From: Saccharolobus solfataricus P2
Lineage (GTDB): Archaea > Thermoproteota > Thermoprotei_A > Sulfolobales > Sulfolobaceae
DNA: 64,000 bases
Reading direction: 5' to 3' (one strand)
Assembly: GCF_000007005.1 (NCBI RefSeq)
Contig: NC_002754.1
Of the stretch, positions 29,809 to 42,869 are shown piece by piece. The notes under the pieces are model-generated. The model was not told the origin of the DNA. It did no database searches and worked only from the letters and a program-made list of their open reading frames with translations. How positions within the stretch are numbered: position 1 is the first letter of the stretch; each line of letters starts with the position of its first letter. A program made the position numbers and the translations under genes.

Positions 29809-31580
29809 AGTAAATATTTACTAAACCATTCTAATTTAGTCTTCAATCTATCTATCATATTCTTAGGCTTCCCTCTTCTAGCGTGTTCATGACTATCACC
29901 TTGGTATCTTACCAACGTTGTAGGGACTCCTTGCATCTTCAATGCAACATAAAATTGTTCAGCTTGTTCAATTGGGCATCTATAATCTTCCTCTCCGTGA
30001 ATTAACATGGTAGGTGTTTTAACGTTTTTCACATAATAAATTGGCGACATTTTCATTAGTTTCTCAATGCCTTCAGTACTCCATGGATCTGCAATCCCGG
30101 ATTCAATCGCATTAAACCAAAAACCTATATCACTAGTACCACACATACTAACTAGATTCGATATACTCCTTTCGCTAATTGCAGCCGAAAACATACTAGT
30201 CTTCGTTACTATCCAATTGGTCATAAAGCCTCCATAAGAACCACCAGTAATACCGAATTTACCTTTTAAACTATACCTTTCCTTAACGGTATTCACGAAG
30301 TTCATTAGATCTTCGAAATCCTTTCCACCCCAATCCCCCACACAAGCCTTGGCGAATTCCTCCCCATATCCTTGACTGCCTCTAGGATTTGCATATATTA
30401 CGTTAAACCCATTATCTACGAAGAACTGGAATTCTATGAAATAACCATAACCATACGCCATATGCGGTCCCCCATGGATGAATAATATTGTTGGTGCGTT
30501 AGGATCTTTAATTATACTCCATCCCTCCACTTCTACTCCGTTAGAGTTTACTGTTATTCTCTCTGGAGTGTATCCTTTGATGTTAGGGTTCGGATCATAT
30601 TCTATATCTCTATATTTTAATATTACAGGCTTTTCTGGAGTGGAATAGAAGTAAGCTAGTTCACTATTACTATAATCAAATCCTCTTACCATTATATTTC
30701 CACTAGTTACCTTATCTACCTTATTATCAGAGATTTGATAAATATGTGACGTACCTCCCTCTTGACCTAAGGAGAGTATTAGATCTTTTTCGAATACGAT
30801 CCTATCCTTTACGCCATCAAATAAATCAGTTAACACTTTATTTCCGCAAGTCTTTCCACACATGTAACTCTTTCCTTCTTCTGGTAGCATTATTTCGAGA
30901 GAAGCCCATGGGGTTAGCCCTTTCCTATGCCCTAAAAACGCTATTTTCCCCTCGCTATTCATAGCTATTGCTTGTACAGTCCCATCCTCCTTCGTTATTC
31001 TGTTTAACTCCCCAGTTTCTATATTTACCTCATACAAATTTCCTAATCCATAATCATCTCCGTCCTTAGTTGCTGAAATTACGACCCTATTACCGTTTGT
31101 AGCTAAATCTGTAACGTCAAAGTTCCCTGTAACGAGCCTTCTCAGATCCTTACCATCAAATAGGTAAAGTGATTGCCTAGCTCTCAATAAACCTCTGCTA
31201 TCAAACCTATACTTTATCTTCTCGGCTCTAAAAGGTAATGTCTTATCTGTGTTTTCCTCTGCTATCACTAATATTCCCTTATTATGGAACTCATATTTGG
31301 ATATTTTGCCAGAAAATGTAAATATTACTTTAGGCTCGCCATAGAGTTGTGCTTCAAGTAAGGATGATTTAGCCTCTTCGTTTCTTATAAAGTAAAGCTT
31401 ATCATTATTGAACTTAGGTGATGATTCATTTCCTTGAAAAGTTATCCTCTTGAGGTTCAAATAAATTGATGATTTGTATTTATCCTCTTCTATCCATGTC
31501 TCTACGTGAAATAGTTTTCCATTCTCTATTGTTATTTCTGGTACTAATTTAATCGAATAGTAGTAGTCTTCTGGTTTCAT
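29805..31580 (-). CDS. acylamino-acid-releasing enzyme (S9 acylpeptide hydrolase)
   Basis: IHGGP, GGSYGG nucleophile, HGEEDYRCP, SHEH; beta-propeller N-terminus. Confidence 0.93.
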   Translation of the reverse strand: MKPEDYYYSIKLVPEITIENGKLFHVETWIEEDKYKSSIYLNLKRITFQGNESSPKFNNDKLYFIRNEEAKSSLLEAQLYGEPKVIFTFSGKISKYEFHNKGILVIAEENTDKTLPFRAEKIKYRFDSRGLLRARQSLYLFDGKDLRRLVTGNFDVTDLATNGNRVVISATKDGDDYGLGNLYEVNIETGELNRITKEDGTVQAIAMNSEGKIAFLGHRKGLTPWASLEIMLPEEGKSYMCGKTCGNKVLTDLFDGVKDRIVFEKDLILSLGQEGGTSHIYQISDNKVDKVTSGNIMVRGFDYSNSELAYFYSTPEKPVILKYRDIEYDPNPNIKGYTPERITVNSNGVEVEGWSIIKDPNAPTILFIHGGPHMAYGYGYFIEFQFFVDNGFNVIYANPRGSQGYGEEFAKACVGDWGGKDFEDLMNFVNTVKERYSLKGKFGITGGSYGGFMTNWIVTKTSMFSAAISERSISNLVSMCGTSDIGFWFNAIESGIADPWSTEGIEKLMKMSPIYYVKNVKTPTMLIHGEEDYRCPIEQAEQFYVALKMQGVPTTLVRYQGDSHEHARRGKPKNMIDRLKTKLEWFSKYLL

Positions 31581-31655
31581 AATATTAGTATATTGCTCTA
31601 AGTAATAACTTTGATTATCTTATCGTTTTATAAACTTTTAGAGCGAGTAATATGT

Positions 31656-32486
31656 GTGCACTCTATAACCACGTATTGGTGGAAATATTATCTAGCATCC
31701 TTCTTCTCTATTTTAGTAATTGGTATAGTAATATCGTCCTTAAATATAAATATACCCTATTTCTTTCTAATCCAAATAGGGCTAGTATTTAGTCTCTGGT
31801 ACCTCATTTCTCCAATTATAATGATCCTTGTATTTAAGATGAGAAGAGCTCCTCAAGATGTTACCTTTATGGTAGAAGATCTTTCAAAGAAATATAACGT
31901 TAAACTGTCCAAAGTTTACATTATAAATGATAATTTCCTTAACGCTTTTGCCTTTGGCAATATAATTTTTAGAGGAATAGCAGTTACTTCACCACTGTAT
32001 GAAAGTCTAGTCCAAGAGGAGTTAGCGGCAGTTCTCTCTCATGAAATTGCCCATATAAAGAATTACGATCCAGAAGTTATGTTACTTACAATATTTTCCA
32101 TTAATTCCATTTATGCAGCGCTTATTTATTATCTGCCTTTAGTTTCCCTATTTTTCCTAATAATATACTTTGTCATCTTATTGCCATCAGTCTTTTACGT
32201 GCATAGGAAAATAGAAAAGAGGGCTGATTTAACTGCAGTAAAGGTGAATCCTGATATAACTTATTGGTTGGAGAGTTCCCTAATAAAAATTGGATATTTA
32301 AGTAGAAGTATTCCGACTAACATGTTAAGATATGTCCCCCCAATACAGATATTCTTGGCTAAGGAGTTCATTGTAAATCACATTGTTGATGAAAAAAGCG
32401 TTCTCTCATTTAGAACGCATCCATCCCTAAAGGAAAGATTGTTATACTTATCTCAGTATGAGAAACAAAAAATGTATTATATTTGA
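31656..32486 (+). CDS. M48 (HtpX-like) membrane metallopeptidase
   Basis: NAFA, HEIAH, EKRAD, THP; start moved to GTG 31656 because a TATA box (31626-31634) lies inside the longer ORF. Confidence 0.88.
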   Translation: MHSITTYWWKYYLASFFSILVIGIVISSLNINIPYFFLIQIGLVFSLWYLISPIIMILVFKMRRAPQDVTFMVEDLSKKYNVKLSKVYIINDNFLNAFAFGNIIFRGIAVTSPLYESLVQEELAAVLSHEIAHIKNYDPEVMLLTIFSINSIYAALIYYLPLVSLFFLIIYFVILLPSVFYVHRKIEKRADLTAVKVNPDITYWLESSLIKIGYLSRSIPTNMLRYVPPIQIFLAKEFIVNHIVDEKSVLSFRTHPSLKERLLYLSQYEKQKMYYI

Positions 32487-32489
32487 GAA

Positions 32490-32816
32490 TTACTTCCTTT
32501 CATGCGGATGGCCAATAGGTGGTGTGGTTTTAATAGCCCTTATCGCTTCATCAACAGAAATCGCTAAATAGGTCTTTGTCCTTACAGTGCCTCTACTATT
32601 CAATTCTATTAAGGCTTTAAGGAACGTTTCAACATTATCCACTTCTACTATGTTAATGAAATCTATATCACCAAATACTACATATTGCTCCTTTACTTTC
32701 GCCCCTATTTTAGCCAATTCCTCATTCACCTCTTTTATTCTTTCTGGCTTATCTGCTATAGTCTCAGCCCCCTTATCGGTAAGGTTAGAAAGAACTATGA
32801 ATATTGCCATTATCAT
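32490..32816 (-). CDS. GYD-domain protein
   Basis: QYVVFGDIDFINIVE, G.VRTKT pattern. Confidence 0.75.
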   Translation of the reverse strand: MIMAIFIVLSNLTDKGAETIADKPERIKEVNEELAKIGAKVKEQYVVFGDIDFINIVEVDNVETFLKALIELNSRGTVRTKTYLAISVDEAIRAIKTTPPIGHPHERK

Positions 32817-32947
32817 TATACTCTTTCTTAAAAAATATAAACATTTCTTATTAACAAGTACTATTGTTGTTTTTGCTCTAGAAATGAAGTTTATGTTCTC
32901 TTTATTGGAAGTTCAATTTTATATTTTAAATGTGGAATCTCACATGA

Positions 32948-34078
32948 ATGGTTGCAATTATTGACGCAAGCATAACCCGATTCGGAAAGAGAAAGGAGAG
33001 CTTATTAGAGCTTGCTGGAGAGGTTGCATTACCATTAATAGGGAAATACGAAATTGATTTTGTAGTAGTTTCTAACAGCTATTCTGGGGAGTTTAACTCC
33101 TTATCTGGGATAAATAATTTAATTACAACTTATTTATCAGTAGATAAAGTACCATCAATTAGGGTCGATAATACTAGTGGAAGTGGGGGTTCTGCAATAT
33201 TGGTAGCTAAATCACTACTTGATTCTAAAATTACTAAAACTGTATTAGTCTTAGGAGTCGAGAAGATGTCTGAGAAGAATACCAAACAAGTTACATCTGT
33301 CATAGCCTCATTATTATCACCGGAGGAAAAAATTGTCGGACTAACTCTACCTTCACTAGCAGGATTAATGACTAAGGAGTATATGAGGAGATATAACGCG
33401 TCCAGAGAAGCCTTTGCCTTAGTAGCAGTCAAAAATCACTATAACGGATCTTTAAATCCCTTTGCTCACATACAGAAGGTGGTGTCATTAGAGGAAGTTT
33501 TGAATTCCCCTATCATAGCAGATCCCTTAACCCTTTACGAATTTACCCCAATTAGTGATGGGGCTTCAGCAATAGTTATGGTAAGGGATGAGGACGCTTA
33601 TAGTTTTACCAAGAAGCCTGTATTTATAAAAGGTATGGGTGCTTCTTCAGATACGTCATATTTATCTGAACGTGAGGATATATTAACAATGAATGCGGTG
33701 AGAATTGCTGGATTGACCGCTAGGAAAATGGCAAAGGTTGATAAGGTTGATTTCGCTGAGCTTCACGATATGGCCACAGTTCTGGAAATAGTTGAGGCTG
33801 AAGAGTTAGGCTTATTAAAGAAAGGAGAAGGATGGAAAGCATATTACGACGACTACACCAAAATTAATGGCGAAATGCCAATAAACACTAGTGGAGGGTT
33901 AAATTCTAAAGGTCATCCAATAGGGGCAAGTGGTATAGCCCAAGCAGTTGAGGCATTTTTACAAATTAGGAATCAAGCGGGAAGTAGGCAAGTTAGAAAT
34001 GCTAGAGTTGGGCTATCCCTAAGTATGGCTGGTTTCGGAAATTCCGCAACTGTAATAATTTACGGTGATGAGCCTTGA
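32948..34078 (+). CDS. thiolase-fold protein (SCP2/Ltp2-like) lacking cysteine
   Basis: PISDGA, ELHD, GHPIGASG; nucleophile motif reads TSGSG; no Cys in the translation. Confidence 0.88.
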   Translation: MVAIIDASITRFGKRKESLLELAGEVALPLIGKYEIDFVVVSNSYSGEFNSLSGINNLITTYLSVDKVPSIRVDNTSGSGGSAILVAKSLLDSKITKTVLVLGVEKMSEKNTKQVTSVIASLLSPEEKIVGLTLPSLAGLMTKEYMRRYNASREAFALVAVKNHYNGSLNPFAHIQKVVSLEEVLNSPIIADPLTLYEFTPISDGASAIVMVRDEDAYSFTKKPVFIKGMGASSDTSYLSEREDILTMNAVRIAGLTARKMAKVDKVDFAELHDMATVLEIVEAEELGLLKKGEGWKAYYDDYTKINGEMPINTSGGLNSKGHPIGASGIAQAVEAFLQIRNQAGSRQVRNARVGLSLSMAGFGNSATVIIYGDEP

Positions 34079-34341
34079 TCTATGTATGTAAAAATTGCGG
34101 TTATTCGTTTTGGGTTAAGAGGGCCAGATGTCCAAGGTGTTATTCAACTGAATTTAACATTAAGGATAATATAAGAGAGGGGGAACTACTAACATCGTGG
34201 AAATTGTCTGCTACTCCAGAGGGATTTGAAGATAAGTATTGGCTTTGTCTAGTCAAAGTCGATAATGTGAAAGTATTCTGTAGATCCTTAAGTGAGCCTA
34301 AAAATAAAATGGTGTTAAAAGAAAATGGCTTATGTGAACCA

Positions 34342-34350
<9 letters not shown>
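34075..34350 (+). CDS. DUF35-like Zn-ribbon/OB-fold thiolase partner
   Basis: CKNC...CPRC then OB-fold; TTG start overlapping the thiolase stop. Confidence 0.8.
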
Positions 34351-35573
<1,223 letters not shown>

Positions 35574-35676
35574 TTAATACTCAATGTTTTCCTTATTAAG
35601 TTTAATTTAGCTAGAGACAGAAGATAAAACGAAAAATAGTTAAACTACTAAATTCTCTTGTAATATAGGTGATTTT

Positions 35677-36852
35677 TTGCAAGACGATTACGGCTATACT
35701 TTTCTTTTACTGTCAAGAATTTTAAGAAGCATTGGTATAATTTACATAACTCTCTCCTCTTCACTATATTTATCCGCAATTGGCGTGAAACCAGAAATTA
35801 TAGGAATAATATTTCTAGGTGCAATAGGATTCTCATCAACTCTCAATTTAGCCCTAGGTATCATAGGTGATAGAATCGGTTACAAAAAAGTCTTGATCTT
35901 TGTGGAAATATTGGCCGCAATCGCGTCAATGCTACTTGCGCTTTCGATAAACCAAACGCTAATCTTTGCAGCTCTTATAATAGGGGGAGTTGGAGGAGCT
36001 GCGGGAGGTATAAGAGGGGTATTTTCACCGGGTTTAACTGCACTGGTAGCTAGTAATTGGAGTGAAGAAAAGGAAAGAGTGAGAAGATTAAGTTTCCTAA
36101 TGTCAGCTTCATCCTTAGCTGGAATAGGAGGGAGTGTTCTCCTTTCAATAAGGTCCTATATAAGTAATTCCGTTGAGGGATATAGATTACTATATTTCCT
36201 ATCATTTGCATTACTCTTAGCTTCGGCAATATCATTACTCCTTGTTAAAGAGGTTAAAAGGCCTAAAAAGACTTCAAAAGTTATGAAAAAATCTAGTATG
36301 AAATACATTTCAAAAGTCATAGTTTCAAACTCAATAACTGGATTCGGACTAGGTATAGCTATTCCGCTACTTCCATTATGGTATAAGTTAGCTTTTCACG
36401 CTAATTCCTTTGAAATAGGATTAATCTTTACGATATCTTATTTAACAACTGCGATAGGTTCACTGCTTTCAAATAAAATAATGTTTGACCCATTAAAAGT
36501 CGCTTCGATAACTAGGATACTGAATGGAGTGTTCCTAATCGCAATGGCCTTTTCGCCTTGGTTAGCTTTAGCGGCTGGATTATACATTGCAAGGGGATTG
36601 AACGCTGGGATTGGAGCACCAAATAGAAGTGCAGTTAATGTTAGAGGGGTATCTGCTGAAGATTTCGGTACTGCCTCAAGCTTCCAAGGTTTGGCGACAA
36701 GGCTATCCCAGATGAGCTCTGGTATTAGTGGTTACTTATTAGATATTTCATACTCATTACCATTGGAAATAGGGGGTTTGTTGCAAGCTGTGGGAGGTTA
36801 TCTCTATATGAAACTATTGGCAATATCTACTGATAGAAAAGTCGATTCTTGA
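35677..36852 (+). CDS. MFS transporter
   Basis: 12 TM, GIIGDRIGYK motif A; TTG start. Confidence 0.88.
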   Translation: MQDDYGYTFLLLSRILRSIGIIYITLSSSLYLSAIGVKPEIIGIIFLGAIGFSSTLNLALGIIGDRIGYKKVLIFVEILAAIASMLLALSINQTLIFAALIIGGVGGAAGGIRGVFSPGLTALVASNWSEEKERVRRLSFLMSASSLAGIGGSVLLSIRSYISNSVEGYRLLYFLSFALLLASAISLLLVKEVKRPKKTSKVMKKSSMKYISKVIVSNSITGFGLGIAIPLLPLWYKLAFHANSFEIGLIFTISYLTTAIGSLLSNKIMFDPLKVASITRILNGVFLIAMAFSPWLALAAGLYIARGLNAGIGAPNRSAVNVRGVSAEDFGTASSFQGLATRLSQMSSGISGYLLDISYSLPLEIGGLLQAVGGYLYMKLLAISTDRKVDS

Positions 36853-37870
36853 GTAGCGGAATTACGCCTATTATAATAATTATGATAATTTGTTCCAGAA
36901 GTAAGTAATAGGATGACAATTGCAATGAACTATAGAGACCATACGCAATTAATCCTAAACTTATGAAGCCTAGTAGTTTCAGTTCATTTCTAATTGAAAA
37001 GGTCATCGAGATAAAGAAGATTATTAGCGATATATAAAGTGCCGTCAAAGATGGGACAATCGTATAAATATAATACATATAGGGATTTATTAGGCTAGTA
37101 AGTGTAAATCCTAAGAATCCTAAAACGAGATATTTTCTACTCTTAATGCTGAATTTCGATAGAACGCTCTTCAATGAATAAAATTCTACTACAATTAACG
37201 AGAATGTACTAAATGATGAAATAAGATATATTATTTTAGGAATGTTAAAAAATGAGTCTAAAAACAGTATGGCTCCAGTTATTAAATACGCTAGAATTAC
37301 ACTATTAATTCCCTCTTTGCTACCATTTCCTATAAACGGTGTAAGTGTTATGCAGATGTATAAGAGAGAGGTAGAGAGAATGTTAGTAAAGCTTAGCTCA
37401 TAAGGGTTCATGAATTTAAGATGCCAATTTATAGGGAGTATAAATAACATTTGTATGATTGCTGAGACAAATAGGAATTCTAACTCCCTATCTAGAAGTG
37501 TTATCATTGCGATAGATCCCGCTATTCCAATTGTAAGCAGTATAGCTGTAAATCCGTCCAGATTTAGTATATAATATACTATATAATCTACAGTATAACT
37601 TAAATAAAGGAAATATGAGAAAAACCAGAAGTATAGGAAGTAACTGGAGAGTTTTGGAGTAAATTTGACTACATAATCGTAAAGTCCACCTTTATCCCAT
37701 ACTTTATTCATAGAATAGTATACAAGAAAAGTTATGGGTGAAAATATGAGAACAGATAAGACTACTTCAAATGGGTTTACGTTTTCTAAGAATTGTCCAA
37801 CTAATGCTAAAGGTCCACCTATGGAAGAAAAAGAAAAACCAAAAACAAGTAGCTTTCTGTTCAACCCCAT
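36827..37870 (-). CDS. membrane protein, truncated APC-like fold
   Basis: about 11 TM; FSSIGGP unwound TM1-like motif and GGLY.YV. Confidence 0.65.
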   Translation of the reverse strand: MGLNRKLLVFGFSFSSIGGPLALVGQFLENVNPFEVVLSVLIFSPITFLVYYSMNKVWDKGGLYDYVVKFTPKLSSYFLYFWFFSYFLYLSYTVDYIVYYILNLDGFTAILLTIGIAGSIAMITLLDRELEFLFVSAIIQMLFILPINWHLKFMNPYELSFTNILSTSLLYICITLTPFIGNGSKEGINSVILAYLITGAILFLDSFFNIPKIIYLISSFSTFSLIVVEFYSLKSVLSKFSIKSRKYLVLGFLGFTLTSLINPYMYYIYTIVPSLTALYISLIIFFISMTFSIRNELKLLGFISLGLIAYGLYSSLQLSSYYLLLEQIIIIIIIGVIPLLKNRLFYQ

Positions 37871-38070
37871 ACTGCTCCACTAGAACTTGATGTAGTAGTT
37901 GTAGTAGAAGATGATGTGCTAGGTGAAGTTGTAGATGTGTAGGTTGTCATATGGCTTGTTGAAGTCGCTGGTTGATGTGATGTGGCAGCCATTCCAAAAA
38001 ATGCTCCACCGATTATCAGAATTAGTATAGAAATTCCTACTATTATAAGTCCTATTTTGCTGATTTTCAT
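37861..38070 (-). CDS. small Ser/Thr-rich membrane-anchored or secreted protein
   Basis: signal/TM then S/T-rich tail ending GAVWG; stop overlaps the next start. Confidence 0.65.
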   Translation of the reverse strand: MKISKIGLIIVGISILILIIGGAFFGMAATSHQPATSTSHMTTYTSTTSPSTSSSTTTTTSSSSGAVWG

Positions 38071-38187
38071 TGTTTCGCCAATATCCTCCTCTTTTCATAT
38101 TAATTTAAATCTTTTCCCAAATAGTATTTTCAATCTAATTAAAGATTTGGGCAAAATCTTATTATTTATTGAATTACACAATGTCAT

Positions 38188-38583
38188 ATGCCTAGAGTTT
38201 CGATTTCCTTATTAGCCTTAGGAGTAGTTGCAGGGATAGCTAGTTTTGCATGGACTGCTGATCATTTGCCGTTATATAGTATAAGATTTCTACCATATAG
38301 TATTAGGGCATTCTTCCTTTTTGACTCAATCCTAGCTATTATTGCTGGCATACTATTCATACTTTCATTTAGACTCTTTACCTTGAAAATTATCTATCTC
38401 TTAGAAGTAATATACTGGTGGATAAATTATCTACTCCTTACTTTAACTAGAGTATTCCCAGCACCGCTTATAGGTAGACCATTACCGGTAACTACTGGGC
38501 CAGCTTTAATAGCTTTTGTTCTAGACATAATACTCATAATACTATCTACAACCATATACATTTTTCTAACTAGCAAACGGTAG
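38188..38583 (+). CDS. 4-TM hypothetical membrane protein
   Basis: 131 aa hydrophobic ORF. Confidence 0.7.
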   Translation: MPRVSISLLALGVVAGIASFAWTADHLPLYSIRFLPYSIRAFFLFDSILAIIAGILFILSFRLFTLKIIYLLEVIYWWINYLLLTLTRVFPAPLIGRPLPVTTGPALIAFVLDIILIILSTTIYIFLTSKR

Positions 38584-38672
38584 GTAAATCATTATAAATT
38601 TATGATTTTTTAAAAAAGTATGATCGTTATTGGGCAAAAGTTTTAATAAATTAAAGTTAAGTCTTTAACTAT

Positions 38673-40376
38673 ATGGTTCAGTACAAGTGGATTGCATTGT
38701 CCAATACAAGTCTCGGTGCATTCATGGGATTTATGAACGCTAATGTAGTATTAATAGCATTACCAGCAATATTTAGAGGAATTAATATTAATCCGTTTAA
38801 CTCTTTCCAATACTTATTATGGATCTTATTTGGTTATAGTATAGTATCAGCAATCTTAGTAGTGAATGTAGGTAGGATCTCAGATATCTTCGGAAGGGTG
38901 AGAATGTACAATTTAGGATTCCTAATTTTTACAATTGCATCTATACTATTATATTTAACCCCTGGCAAAGGAGATATAGCCGCAATTCAATTAATAATTT
39001 ACAGGATACTTCAAGGTATAGGAGGATCATTCTTAATGGCTAATAGCGCTGCAATTTTATCTGAGGCATTTCCACCAAATGAGAGGGGATTTGCATTAGG
39101 ATTAAATGGCGTAATAGGAATATTCGGTGGAGTAGCTGGAATAATCATCGGTGGAATTCTTGCTTCAATATACTGGCGTGACGTATTTTTAGTGAGCGTT
39201 CCTATAGGTATTTTAGGAACTATTTGGTCATATAAATCCTTAAGGCAATTAAATAAGCCTAATAGAAATCAAAGTATCGATATAGTTGGAAATATCCTTT
39301 ATGCCGTTTCCCTTATATCAATACTGCTTGGGATAACGTATGGTATTTTACCATATGGTAATCAAGTTACTGGTTGGACAAATCCATTTGTGATATCGGG
39401 TATTGTAGCAGGTGTAGGAATGTTCATCGGATTCTTGTTCGTTGAGAGTAGAGTTAAAGACCCCATGTTTAGAATAGAACTATTTAAAATAAGGGCATTT
39501 ACATCTTCAGCAGTATCAATAATCTTAGCACAGCTAGCATTTGGAGGTCTTCAATTGATGCTAGTATTATTACTTCAAGCCATATGGCTACCTTTACACG
39601 GTTATAGTTATGAAGTAACACCTTTCTGGGCCGGAGTATATCTTCTTCCACTATTAGCTGGATTTGGAATAATGGGGTCAATAGCGGGTAGACTAGCAGA
39701 TCGTTATGGAGCGCGAAGCTTAGCCACTATTGGACTTTTAATCATGGGAATAGGAGTTTTGACACTAACAACATTGCCATATAATTTCAACTATATAGAA
39801 TTTGCTGTGATAATATTTTTCATAGGTGTTGGAAATGGACTATTTGTATCGCCTAATATGACAGCCTTAATGAATGCCTCACCACCACAGCATAGAGGAT
39901 CTGCTTCTGGAATAAGAGCTATGTTAACTAATACCGGTAGTACATTAAGTATTGGGATATTCTTTACTATAGTAATTGACACCTTATACATTTCATTACC
40001 TCCAGTATTAACTAATGCATTAACTGCTGCTGGAGCTCCTCAACTAGCCCCAATATTAAGTAAAATACCTCCAACTGCTGCGATATTTGCGAGTTTTCTA
40101 GGCTATAATCCTGTTTCGACGATACTTTCGCAACTACCGACCTCATTAGTTAACGCAATTCCTGCCTCTACAATAGCTACCATAACCGGTACATATTGGT
40201 TCCCTAACGTGATAGCATCACCCTTCATGGAAGCTCTAAGAATTGCATTTTACGTTTCAGCATCAATGGCATTTTTAGCTACTATAGCTTCAGCTTTAAG
40301 AGGAAAAACGGTGATTTATGAAAGAGATTTAATGAGACCTATGGCTGTAAACTCCTCAGATGATAAAAAGGATTAA
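38673..40376 (+). CDS. MFS drug:H+ antiporter (DHA2-like, 14 TM)
   Basis: GRISDIFGRVR, PPNERG, GRLADRYG. Confidence 0.92.
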   Translation: MVQYKWIALSNTSLGAFMGFMNANVVLIALPAIFRGININPFNSFQYLLWILFGYSIVSAILVVNVGRISDIFGRVRMYNLGFLIFTIASILLYLTPGKGDIAAIQLIIYRILQGIGGSFLMANSAAILSEAFPPNERGFALGLNGVIGIFGGVAGIIIGGILASIYWRDVFLVSVPIGILGTIWSYKSLRQLNKPNRNQSIDIVGNILYAVSLISILLGITYGILPYGNQVTGWTNPFVISGIVAGVGMFIGFLFVESRVKDPMFRIELFKIRAFTSSAVSIILAQLAFGGLQLMLVLLLQAIWLPLHGYSYEVTPFWAGVYLLPLLAGFGIMGSIAGRLADRYGARSLATIGLLIMGIGVLTLTTLPYNFNYIEFAVIIFFIGVGNGLFVSPNMTALMNASPPQHRGSASGIRAMLTNTGSTLSIGIFFTIVIDTLYISLPPVLTNALTAAGAPQLAPILSKIPPTAAIFASFLGYNPVSTILSQLPTSLVNAIPASTIATITGTYWFPNVIASPFMEALRIAFYVSASMAFLATIASALRGKTVIYERDLMRPMAVNSSDDKKD

Positions 40377-40403
40377 AAGCTAATTATACTAAAATACTAA
40401 GGC

Positions 40404-41261
40404 ATGGAGCCGAATTTAATTACCTTAAGTAATTACAAGGCGACTTTAGGAGAGGGCCCCGTTTACGATAAGGAGTTGAATAAACTTTTTTGGGTTGATA
40501 TTGAGGGAAAGAGGATAATAGTTAACGATCTGAATACTGGTACTGAAGTATTCTATGAGATGCCTGATCTCATATCATCCTTATGTGTTATTGATGATAA
40601 GAGAGTGATTGCTACCATTAGACATGGATTTTATATAGTAAATTTAGACAGAGGAGAAATTCAGAAGATTGCTGAAGTGGAAACTGATATGGAATCTAAT
40701 AGATTTAACGATGGGAAGTGTGATAAACTTGGGCGATATTGGGCGGGAACTATGAATATGAATGAAAGAAAACCAACTGGAAGTTTCTATAAACTTGATA
40801 CTGGTAAGATAACTAAGATTTTAGAAGGTCTCACAGTATCAAATGGCTTAGGTTGGGATCCAGATAATACTCAAATGTTCCTCATTGATAGTCCAGTTAG
40901 AAAGGTCTTCGTATTTGATTTCGATCTGAATAAAGGGGAGATCTATAATAGAAGAGTTGCAGTAGATTTCGGAAATGAGCCGGGAAATCCTGACGGGATG
41001 GCAGTTGATGAGGAAGGATATATTTGGGTAGCTCATTGGGGTGGAGGAAAGGTTAGTAGATGGAATCCTAAAACCGGGAAGAAATTGTTTGAAATAAAAG
41101 TGCCCGCAACCTATGTAACCTCAGTAACTTTCGGTACTCAAGAACTAGACCAATTATTCATTACCACTGCTGGAAAAAGCCAAGACCCATTAGCTGGAAA
41201 AACGTTTACAACTAAAGCTAATGTAAGAGGATTGCAAAATTTTAGGTTTAAAATCTCGTAA
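40404..41261 (+). CDS. SMP-30/gluconolactonase family protein
   Basis: LGEGP, NRFNDG, SNG, PDGM. Confidence 0.93.
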   Translation: MEPNLITLSNYKATLGEGPVYDKELNKLFWVDIEGKRIIVNDLNTGTEVFYEMPDLISSLCVIDDKRVIATIRHGFYIVNLDRGEIQKIAEVETDMESNRFNDGKCDKLGRYWAGTMNMNERKPTGSFYKLDTGKITKILEGLTVSNGLGWDPDNTQMFLIDSPVRKVFVFDFDLNKGEIYNRRVAVDFGNEPGNPDGMAVDEEGYIWVAHWGGGKVSRWNPKTGKKLFEIKVPATYVTSVTFGTQELDQLFITTAGKSQDPLAGKTFTTKANVRGLQNFRFKIS

Positions 41262-41276
41262 GTTTTATATCCTTAA

Positions 41277-42002
<726 letters not shown>

Positions 42003-42252
42003 ATTCGAAATTTTTTAATGTATGTAAAAATTGGCTTCCTAGCAAATATTACTGAAGAGTAAATACTTGAAACGCTATTAAAAACTCTATTCGTATCTTG
42101 CAGATATAGAATTGCAATCTTACTACTTTCTATTATTCATTATAACTAGAAGTATAATTTACAGACCAAGTACAGAGATTTCATGTTGTAATTTACATCA
42201 ATTATGAAATAACTTTAAAGATATGTTTCCAGAAGGGAAGTAAAAAAACAAA

Positions 42253-42654
42253 TTAAATTTGTGGACCCGGTAATATGGCTAAATCGCCTGGACCTAATAG
42301 CAGTAATATTATTGCGCCAGCTAGGAATAGTATATCTAGATCCATTCCTGGATTCATTCCAGTGGCTAGTGGCTTTTTCATTCTATGACTTACCACTATA
42401 GTACCCAAGAAGAACAGGATCAATACCGCTGAAACTATTAGTGATATAGCCCCTATCATTACTAAAAGTCCACCTAAGATTTCAACTAACATGGAGAGAT
42501 CTACAAATATTGGCGGTACTCCTAACTGTCTCATATAACCTTTAAATTGGGAATTGAGATTTTTATTTGCCTTAGCCGTACCATGTGGTATTAGGGCGAT
42601 TCCATATAGTATTCTGAATATTAGTAGACCTATTGAGGCTATGGTCAGATCCAT
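42253..42654 (-). CDS. DoxX family membrane protein
   Basis: RILYG....HG..K, EILGG, GPG motifs. Confidence 0.85.
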   Translation of the reverse strand: MDLTIASIGLLIFRILYGIALIPHGTAKANKNLNSQFKGYMRQLGVPPIFVDLSMLVEILGGLLVMIGAISLIVSAVLILFFLGTIVVSHRMKKPLATGMNPGMDLDILFLAGAIILLLLGPGDLAILPGPQI

Positions 42655-42869
42655 ATTTGGTTCCTCCGAGGAAACTACTTTACTTAGCTAAGTTCATATA
42701 ATTAACTTAACTTGCATTAAGCTAGTTACCATATGTAAAGTTAGAATTATATAAGGGTTATATACTTTTTTAAATATATTTTTATTTTTATTACCTTTTA
42801 TCCAGCAACTACTTATGGAAAGCATTTGGTTACTTAACCTTTTAAATTTCCCAAGTATTTTATCACTTA

